Assembly (NCBI GenBank): GCA_038997165.1
Contig: JAWBAK010000001.1
Span: forward strand, 96,001-160,000
Length of the DNA stretch: 64,000 nucleotides
Source: Candidatus Aenigmatarchaeota archaeon
GTDB taxonomy: Archaea > Aenigmatarchaeota > Aenigmatarchaeia > CG10238-14 > SpSt-28
Reading direction: 5' to 3'
Below the pieces are notes generated by a model. It saw nothing but the letters and a program-made list of their open reading frames with translations. It was not told the origin of the DNA and searched no databases. Below, piece by piece: positions 19,880 to 27,647 of the stretch. The translations under genes were made by a program, and so were the position numbers. Within the stretch, counting starts at the first letter, position 1, and every line of letters begins with the position of its first letter.

Positions 19880-21948
19880 TGAGAAAGTTATATAATTCGC
19901 TTTTTTTCTTTTTTATCGTAGTTATTATAGCAAATATTATACACTCTCCATTATCTGAATTCTTTCCTATGAATTGTATTGATAGTGATGGAGATTGTAA
20001 TGCAGAAAGAATAAAGTATTTAGATAATGAATATGAAACGATTGATTTATTGTATTATCCTTTTGGATATTTAATTGCTAGGGATTTTGAAATAGAAATA
20101 CCAGACGAAAACGAAATAGATTATGTAAATATTAGTGTTTTCTGGTATACTGATGTAGGTGAAGGTGCTGGAAATATCTATATAGAATATTCTTTTGATG
20201 GAACAAATTGGTATTATTGTTCTGGACCATATAGTGAAAGTTCTGAAATAGTTCATTCTTATTGTAGCTTAAGCTCAATATCTAAGGAACAATTGCAAAA
20301 TCTAATGGTTAGGTTTAGAGGAGAGGATTTAGATGGATTTCCAATGGCATTTGCTTATATAGATCAAATAAGCCTATATGTACATCATTCTTCTGCTCCA
20401 AAATTAAGAAATCAAACTACAAATACTACAAATGATTTTATTTACTTTGATCAAGCAATTGAGCTATCTATAGAAGTATTTAGCGATAATGGAATTTCTT
20501 GTGTATGGTTATCTACGAACGAGAGCGGTAATTGGATTAATTATACCGACGGAACATATAATTCTCCAATATGTTTAGATGGTATTTCAAATACTTGGGT
20601 AAAGGTTAACTTTACTTGGAAAAATTCCTCTGCGATAGGATATGTTGGATGGAAAATTTATGTAAATGACACACTTGGAAAAATAAACGTAAGTGATGAA
20701 AAAACTTTTTTTGTTCAATATAGAGTTTTTCCTATGAATTGTATTGATAGTGATGGAGATTGTAATGTAGAAAGAATAAAGTATTTAGATAATGAATATG
20801 AAATGATTGATTTATTGTATTATCCTTTTGGATATTTAATTGCTAGGGATTTTGAAATAAATTTAAAGGGAAACATTCTTATAAGAGATGCTAGTATTCA
20901 TGTTTTCTGGTATACTGATGTAGGTGAAGGTGCTGGAAATATTTATATAGAATATTCTTTTGATGGAACAAATTGGTATTATTGTTCTGGACCATATAGT
21001 GAAAGTTCTGAAATAGTTCATTCTTATTGTAGCTTAAGCTCAATATCTAAGGAACAATTGCAAAATCTAATGGTTAGGTTTAGAGGAGAGGATTTAGATG
21101 GATTTCCGATGGCATTTGCTTATATAGATCAAATTTTTGTATCATTTAATTTTTCATACGTTTATTCTTATCTAGAAGTTATTTTAACTTCTCCAAAAAC
21201 AAACGTAATAAATAATATATTCCAAAACTCTACATTTTTTGTTAATGTTTCGATTTTTTGTAGAAATGGAAATTGTACTGATGTAAAAGCTGTTATAAGA
21301 TATAATGAATCGTCTCCATATCCAAATACTCCAATTAATGAAACGTATGGAGCAAAGCCGTTTTTCATAGATGAAGAAAATCCTAATTCAATTAAATATT
21401 GTGGCAATATGAGTATGGATGAAAAATGCGATTTATATTGGATAATAAATGCTAGCGGAAACGTAAAAAGCATTTGGAAAATAGGTGTTTTAGTTTTTTC
21501 TTCCGATGGAATTTATAATCATACTGAAAACGCGACAATAAAAATTATAGGTTGCGTAATAGATGTTACTCTAACTTTTGATAAAATAAGTTTTGGTGAT
21601 GTTTTACCTAACGTTATTGGAAATCCTGCCGAAGGGAATAATAATGAAGAGTATAAAATAATAGTAAATCCAGGAAGTTGCTCAATAGATGCATATATTA
21701 AAGGTTATGATTTGTACAATGATACATACAATTCTAAAATTCCTGTACAAAATATAAAAGTTAGTAATCAAAGCAATGATTACAGCAGTTCATTTAGTTT
21801 GGATTATGAGTTTAAATTATTAATAAAAAGTTTAGCTCAAAATTCGATTAAGCCAATATTTTTTTGGTTAGATGTACCACCAGTTTTTGCTGGAATTTAC
21901 TATGGAACCATTACAATAAAAATAGTTGAAGAAGATGAATTGCCTTAA
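19879..21948 (+). CDS. Secreted protein with duplicated Cys-containing domain and C-terminal pilin/WxL-like beta-sandwich
   Basis: Two ~135-aa near-identical domains; C-terminus DVTLTFDKISFGDVLP...FWLDVPPVFAGIYYGTITIK; no TM anchor. Confidence 0.8.
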   Translation: MRKLYNSLFFFFIVVIIANIIHSPLSEFFPMNCIDSDGDCNAERIKYLDNEYETIDLLYYPFGYLIARDFEIEIPDENEIDYVNISVFWYTDVGEGAGNIYIEYSFDGTNWYYCSGPYSESSEIVHSYCSLSSISKEQLQNLMVRFRGEDLDGFPMAFAYIDQISLYVHHSSAPKLRNQTTNTTNDFIYFDQAIELSIEVFSDNGISCVWLSTNESGNWINYTDGTYNSPICLDGISNTWVKVNFTWKNSSAIGYVGWKIYVNDTLGKINVSDEKTFFVQYRVFPMNCIDSDGDCNVERIKYLDNEYEMIDLLYYPFGYLIARDFEINLKGNILIRDASIHVFWYTDVGEGAGNIYIEYSFDGTNWYYCSGPYSESSEIVHSYCSLSSISKEQLQNLMVRFRGEDLDGFPMAFAYIDQIFVSFNFSYVYSYLEVILTSPKTNVINNIFQNSTFFVNVSIFCRNGNCTDVKAVIRYNESSPYPNTPINETYGAKPFFIDEENPNSIKYCGNMSMDEKCDLYWIINASGNVKSIWKIGVLVFSSDGIYNHTENATIKIIGCVIDVTLTFDKISFGDVLPNVIGNPAEGNNNEEYKIIVNPGSCSIDAYIKGYDLYNDTYNSKIPVQNIKVSNQSNDYSSSFSLDYEFKLLIKSLAQNSIKPIFFWLDVPPVFAGIYYGTITIKIVEEDELP
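19963..21134 (+). repeat. 407-bp direct repeat (19963-20369 and 20728-21134) with a divergent 41-nt central block
   Basis: Offset 765 bp; four point differences seen outside the block 20095-20135 / 20860-20900. Confidence 0.92.
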
Positions 21949-22549
21949 TAAAAAATTGTTTTTTATAATATTTTCTATAATACTGGAGTTTAATATTATA
22001 TTTTCTCAAATTAATTTCGGAAGTTATCAATATGAAAAAATATTAGAAGTTAAAAACGAAACTCTATTAACTTCAAAAATTTTGATTTGGAATTCTGGTA
22101 AAAATGATATTGAAGTTGTTTTTGAAATAATTGAAAAACCGAAAAATGTTGAAGTGTATTTAGATAAAAAAGAGATTATATTAAGCTCTGAGCTAAAAAA
22201 CGATTACGAAATTTTAATAATAAATAATAGAGAGATAAAAGTGCTTCCAGTAAATGTATATTTTTACATTTTAAGTAAAGATGCTAGTGGATATGTTAAA
22301 ATAAGAGCTTACGCAAAAAGTTTAGAAAATGCAGAAATACCTATAAGACAAGAAAGAGAATTCCTATTTATAATAAATAAGGTTGAAGATAGTAAAAAAG
22401 AAAAAGTAGAAACCAAACTTACTGAAAAAATAATAGAAAGTGTATCGAATTCTATAAGGGAAAATCCTACAAATATTTTGCCAGTAATAATAATAGTAAT
22501 TTCTGTTTTAGCTTCGTTAATAATACTTAAAAGAAAAAATTCTGAATGA
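21935..22549 (+). CDS. Secreted Ig-like protein with C-terminal TM
   Basis: Likely ATG 21935; signal peptide IIFS|Q; IWNSGKNDIEV motif; tail NILP-TM-LKRK. Confidence 0.7.
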   Translation: MNCLNKKLFFIIFSIILEFNIIFSQINFGSYQYEKILEVKNETLLTSKILIWNSGKNDIEVVFEIIEKPKNVEVYLDKKEIILSSELKNDYEILIINNREIKVLPVNVYFYILSKDASGYVKIRAYAKSLENAEIPIRQEREFLFIINKVEDSKKEKVETKLTEKIIESVSNSIRENPTNILPVIIIVISVLASLIILKRKNSE

Positions 22550-22570
22550 TTTACTTAAGTAAATAAATTT

Positions 22571-25240
22571 ATGATAGAAATAATTAAAGCAAAAGATATA
22601 AAGAATGATAAAGAAATTCTAAATTTACTTACTCCTTATTTTAAAAAATGGTTCGAAAAAAAGTTTAAAGGAAAATTAACGTTGCCACAAAAATATTCAA
22701 TACCATTAATAAAAGAAGGAAAAAATGTTCTAATTACTTCTCCAACAGGAAGTGGAAAAACATTAGCATGTTTTGCATCTATATTAGATTATTTATTTAG
22801 ATTGGCCGAAAAAAATGAATTAGAAGATAAAGTTTATTGTATTTATGTTTCTCCTTTAAGAGCTTTAGATAATGATATAAAAAAAAATTTAGAAATTCCT
22901 TTAAAAGAAGTAAGAGAAATTGCGGAAAAAGAATTTGGAATAAATTTACAAGAAATAAGAATTTCGATTAGAACTGGAGATACAAAAGCTAGCGAAAAAC
23001 AAAAGCAATTAAAATATCCGCCACATATTCTAATAACTACTCCAGAAACACTAGCAATAATTTTAAACTCTTTAAAATTTAAAGAAAAGCTTAAAGATGT
23101 AAAATTTGTAATAGTTGATGAAATTCACGAATTAGCAAATAATAAGAGAGGTGTTCATTTATCAATAAGCTTAGAAAGATTAGAAAATTTTGTAGGAAAG
23201 AAAATTCAGAGAATTGGAATTGGAGCTACGTTAGAGCCATTAGAAGAGGCAGCGAAATTCTTAGTTGGAAATAATAGAGAATGTATTGTAATAGATGCAA
23301 GATTCGTTAAAAATAGCGACATTAAAGTTTTAATTCCTTCTAAAAATTTAATTTTCGAAAATGCGGAAGAAATAAATAAAAAAATGTATAAATTAATAGA
23401 TGAATTAGTTGAAAAGCATAGAACTACTTTAATATTTACAAATACAAGAAGTGGAGCAGAAAGAGTTCACTTTCATTTAAAACAATTATTTCCATCTAAA
23501 TATTTAGATGAAATTACTGGAGTACATCATTCTAGTATAAGCAGAGATATAAGATTTGAAGTTGAAGAAAAATTAAAAAATGGAAAATTAAAAGTAGTGG
23601 TTTCTAGTACTAGCTTAGAATTGGGAATTGATATTGGATATATCGATTTAGTAATTCAAATAGGAAGTGCTAAAAGTGTTTCAAGATTAATGCAAAGAAT
23701 AGGAAGAGCTGGTCATAGCTTGCATGCAATTTCAAAAGGAAGAGTTATATGTTTAGATAGAGATGATTTAGTCGAAAATGTTGTAATGGTTGCAATGAGT
23801 AAAAAATATTGGTTAGATAAGTTTCATATGCCAAAAAATTGTTTAGATGTTTTAGCTCAGCATTTAGTTGGAATGGCTTGCGAAAAAAAGTGGAATATAA
23901 ACGAAGCATATGAATTAATAAAGAAAGCATATCCTTTTAAAGATTTAAGTTTTGAAGACTTTATAAATACTTTGAAATATTTAGCTGGTTATTATCATAC
24001 TTTAGAAGATTATAAAGTTTATGGAAAAATTTGGCTAGATTTAAATGAAAATAAATTTGGAAGAAAAAAAGCTGCAAGAGTTATATATACATTAAATATA
24101 GGAACTATTCCAGAGGAAGTAAAAATAAAAGTTAAAACTTTAGATGGAAAATTTTGTGGATATATTGAAGAAGGATTTTTAGAAAGATTAAATGTTGGAG
24201 ATATATTTGTTTTAGGTGGAAAAACTTACGAATTTATTAAAGCTATTAGAGATGTTGCATATGTAAAAGAAGTAAAAGAAAAGAAACCAACAATTCCTAG
24301 TTGGTTTAGCGAACAATTACCACTAAATTTTGATTTAGCAATAGAAATTGGAAAGTTCAGAGAAAAAATGTTTAAAATGTTAGATAAAAAAATTAGTAAG
24401 AAAAAAATAATTGAATTCTTAAAAAAAGAATATTTTTGTGAAGAAGATGTTGCAAATGAAATTTATGATTATTTTGAGTTAGAATATAAATTTCTTAAAA
24501 AACATGGAGTAAAAAACTTTCCTTCACACAAAGTTATTCTTGTAGAAAGTTTTTTTGATGAAAAAGGTCAAAATATAGTATTTCATACATTGTATGGAAG
24601 AAGAGTAAACGATGCACTAAGTAGAGCATATGCGTATGCACTCTCAAAATATTTAAATAAAAGTATTAAAGTATCTATAAGCGATAATGGATTTATATTA
24701 ACTATACCTTTTGAAAAATTAGAAAATAAATGGTATAAATTATTTGAAATTAAAAAAATTAGAAATGAAAAAGTTAGTTTTGAAGAAATTATTAATTTGG
24801 TAAATTCTAAAAATTTAGAAAAATTAGTAAAAGATTCTTTAAAAAATACTGAATTAATAAAAAGAAAATTTAGGCATGTAGCTTCTAGAAGTTTTATGAT
24901 TTTAAGAAATTATAAAGGATATGAAATTAGCTTAGAAAAACAACAAATGAGTGCAGAAAGATTAATTAAGATTGTACACGAATTAGGTAATGAATTTCCA
25001 GTATTAAAAGAAACTTATAGAGAAATATTAGAGGATTATATGGATTTACCAAAAGCAAAAGAAATTTTAGAAAAAATAGAAAGTGGAGAAATAGAATTTG
25101 AATTTATAGAAAGCGAAGTTCCATCACCTTTTGCTCATAATTTAATTGCAATAAGTGAAAGCGATGTAGTTTTGATGGAAGATAGAAGAAAATTAATATT
25201 AAAATTATATAAAAAAGTTTTAGAGAGAATTGGAAGTTAA
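22571..25240 (+). CDS. lhr: Lhr-family SF2 ATP-dependent helicase
   Basis: SPTGSGKT, YVSPLRAL, DEIHE, SLELGIDIG, QRIGRAGH, IPSWFSE and PSPFA motifs. Confidence 0.95.
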   Translation: MIEIIKAKDIKNDKEILNLLTPYFKKWFEKKFKGKLTLPQKYSIPLIKEGKNVLITSPTGSGKTLACFASILDYLFRLAEKNELEDKVYCIYVSPLRALDNDIKKNLEIPLKEVREIAEKEFGINLQEIRISIRTGDTKASEKQKQLKYPPHILITTPETLAIILNSLKFKEKLKDVKFVIVDEIHELANNKRGVHLSISLERLENFVGKKIQRIGIGATLEPLEEAAKFLVGNNRECIVIDARFVKNSDIKVLIPSKNLIFENAEEINKKMYKLIDELVEKHRTTLIFTNTRSGAERVHFHLKQLFPSKYLDEITGVHHSSISRDIRFEVEEKLKNGKLKVVVSSTSLELGIDIGYIDLVIQIGSAKSVSRLMQRIGRAGHSLHAISKGRVICLDRDDLVENVVMVAMSKKYWLDKFHMPKNCLDVLAQHLVGMACEKKWNINEAYELIKKAYPFKDLSFEDFINTLKYLAGYYHTLEDYKVYGKIWLDLNENKFGRKKAARVIYTLNIGTIPEEVKIKVKTLDGKFCGYIEEGFLERLNVGDIFVLGGKTYEFIKAIRDVAYVKEVKEKKPTIPSWFSEQLPLNFDLAIEIGKFREKMFKMLDKKISKKKIIEFLKKEYFCEEDVANEIYDYFELEYKFLKKHGVKNFPSHKVILVESFFDEKGQNIVFHTLYGRRVNDALSRAYAYALSKYLNKSIKVSISDNGFILTIPFEKLENKWYKLFEIKKIRNEKVSFEEIINLVNSKNLEKLVKDSLKNTELIKRKFRHVASRSFMILRNYKGYEISLEKQQMSAERLIKIVHELGNEFPVLKETYREILEDYMDLPKAKEILEKIESGEIEFEFIESEVPSPFAHNLIAISESDVVLMEDRRKLILKLYKKVLERIGS

Positions 25241-25269
25241 AAATAAATAAATTTTTTTGAATTTAGTTT

Positions 25270-26427
25270 ATGAAAGGAAAAAAATTGAGTATAATAGTAA
25301 CTATTCTACTAATTTTTTTAGTATTTTCAGTAGTTTTAATAACTAATGCTGAAGAGAGAGAAAGAATAAGAAAAATAATAGAAATAAAGGAAATTAAAGA
25401 AATTGCTAAAGAAATAAGAAAGGAATGTAAAATAGATGCTGATTGTATTGATATATTTTGTCCACAAGCAATAGGAATAGATACACCAAGATGTATAGAA
25501 AATAGATGTATTTGTGGTCCAAATCCAGCTTTGAACTTAACAAAAATAAATGAAACAACAATAAGTTTATGCATTAAATTAAGATTAGAACTAAGAGAAA
25601 AAATAAAGGAAATAATTGAAAAAATAAAATCTAATAATCTTACTAAAGAGGAAATTGAAAATTTAAATGAAGAAGTAAATAAAATAAGAGAAAGATATAA
25701 AGAATGCTTACCTCAACCAATGCCAATAAAAGAAGAAGTAATTGGAGCTAAAGTTAGACAAATTGTTCAAAAATATTCTCAAGAAAAAAGAAATTTAACA
25801 GAAAGTTTTGTTGAGTCAATTAAAAATTTAAATGAAATAAAAATTGATTTAATTTTAAGTGGAAATCTTAGTGGAAAAGAATTAGCAGAAAAAATTAAAG
25901 AAATCAATGAAGAAAGAAAAAAAATAGTAAAAGATTATGTTGAAAAATTACACGAATTAAATTTAGCTAGAAAAGAAGAATTAAAAGAAGTTATTAAACA
26001 AGTTAAAGTTGAAAAAAATGTTAAAGTTGAAAACGAAATAATAAATGTTAGTAGAGTTATTGTTAAAGTAAACAATAAAGAAATTGAAATTAGACCTGGA
26101 GATAACGTTACTATAATTGTAGAAGGAGTAATAGTAAAATCTAAAGTTCCAATAAGATATGAAAATGAAAGCATTAAAGATGATGAAACAAACAAAACAA
26201 TAAATGTTACTCCAGAAAAAATTAGAGAAAAAGTAAGAGAGAGAATAAGAGAAATGCTATTAGAAAGAAAAGGAAATTTAATAATATATAATGTTAATGC
26301 AGAAAAAAGTGGAAGAATTTTAGGAATATTTCCAGTAAATTTCGAAGTTAGATATGAAATATCAGCAGAAGATGGAAGAGAGATTTCTATAAAAAAGCCT
26401 TGGTGGAGCTTTCTAGTAATTGGATAA
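25270..26427 (+). CDS. Secreted protein: Cys-rich module, coiled coil, C-terminal KPWW domain
   Basis: Signal peptide; CKIDADC...CPQ...C...CIC; C-terminus ILGIFPV...ISAEDG...KKPWWSFL. Confidence 0.75.
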   Translation: MKGKKLSIIVTILLIFLVFSVVLITNAEERERIRKIIEIKEIKEIAKEIRKECKIDADCIDIFCPQAIGIDTPRCIENRCICGPNPALNLTKINETTISLCIKLRLELREKIKEIIEKIKSNNLTKEEIENLNEEVNKIRERYKECLPQPMPIKEEVIGAKVRQIVQKYSQEKRNLTESFVESIKNLNEIKIDLILSGNLSGKELAEKIKEINEERKKIVKDYVEKLHELNLARKEELKEVIKQVKVEKNVKVENEIINVSRVIVKVNNKEIEIRPGDNVTIIVEGVIVKSKVPIRYENESIKDDETNKTINVTPEKIREKVRERIREMLLERKGNLIIYNVNAEKSGRILGIFPVNFEVRYEISAEDGREISIKKPWWSFLVIG

Positions 26428-26452
26428 ATTTCTTTCAATTTTTTATTTTTTT

Positions 26453-27647
26453 ATGAAAAGTTCATTGCAAAAAATTTTTTTTATCAATTCTACTTTTTGG
26501 ACTAATTAGCTTATTTGGAGATTTAATATATGAAAGTGCAAGAAGTATTAATGGCCAATATCTTTTACTCTTAGGTGCAACAGCCTCTATAATAGGTTTT
26601 TTTATTGGTTTGGGAGAATTTTTAAGCAACTTTCTTAGATTTGTTTTTGGGTTTTTAGCAGATAGAATTAAAAATTATTGGCTCTTTATTTTTATAGGTT
26701 ATTTTTTCTTAATTTTTGTTCCACTAATGTTTTTTGCTAATAGTTGGCAAATAGCAATTTTATTTATAATATTTGAAAGAATAGGAAAAGCTATTAGAAA
26801 TCCTGCAAGAGATACTATTGTATCTATAATTTCGGAAAGAACAAAAAGTATTGGCTTTAATTTCGGAATTATTGAATTTCTCGATCAAATAGGAGCATTA
26901 ATAGGTCCTATAATTATTGCTATATTTTTTCTTTTATATGTAGAAAATGTTATTGATAAATATAAAATAGTATATTTATTTTTGTTTATTCCATTTTTAG
27001 TTTTAATTTTTTTACTTTTAGTTACATATTCAAAAACAAAAAATTTAAAAATTAATATTAAAAAATTGAAAGACAAAAATATTCCAAAAATTTTTTGGTA
27101 TTATAATTTATTTATATTTTTAACTTCATTGGGATTTATACATTTTGCAATTTTAGGATATCATTTTAAATCAAAAAATATAGCTGAAGATCATCTTATT
27201 GTTTTTCTTTATTCTATAGCAATGATATTTGATGCAATAATTTCTCCAATTATTGGAAAAATTTATGATAAAATGAAGGAAAAGAAAAAATCTTTTTTTG
27301 ACTTATTTTTTATTATTCCAATACTTAGCATTTCTATACCTTTTTTAGTTTTTATTAATAAAATTGAAACAATAGTTCTTAGCATGATATTTTATGGTTT
27401 TGTTTTAGGAATGCAAGAAACTATAATGAGAGCTGCAATTGCAGATATTACTTCGATTTCAAAAAGAGGCTCTGCATATGGAATTTTTTCATTTGTTCTT
27501 GGTATTTCAGCATTTTTTGGTTCGACAATAATAGGAATTCTTTATGAAATATCTCTTTTATATCTGTTTATTTTTATTATAACTTCTCAAGTTTTAGCCT
27601 TAATGATGCTAATAGCAATTAGAAATAGGTTTAAGAATTATTTTTAA
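26453..27647 (+). pseudogene. MFS transporter, frameshifted near the 5' end as assembled
   Basis: MFS frame (LFGLISLFGDLIYESARSI, GFLADR, ERIGKAIRNPARD, KRGSAYG) is open from ~26457 but has no start codon before 26610. ATG 26453 joins it if one base is removed from A6T8 (26469-26482), giving 397 aa. Confidence 0.8.

Noticed and set aside
19963..21134. Diversity-generating retroelement TR/VR pair
   Set aside because: Differences are not adenine-specific, both copies are in one ORF, and there is no reverse transcriptase in the window.
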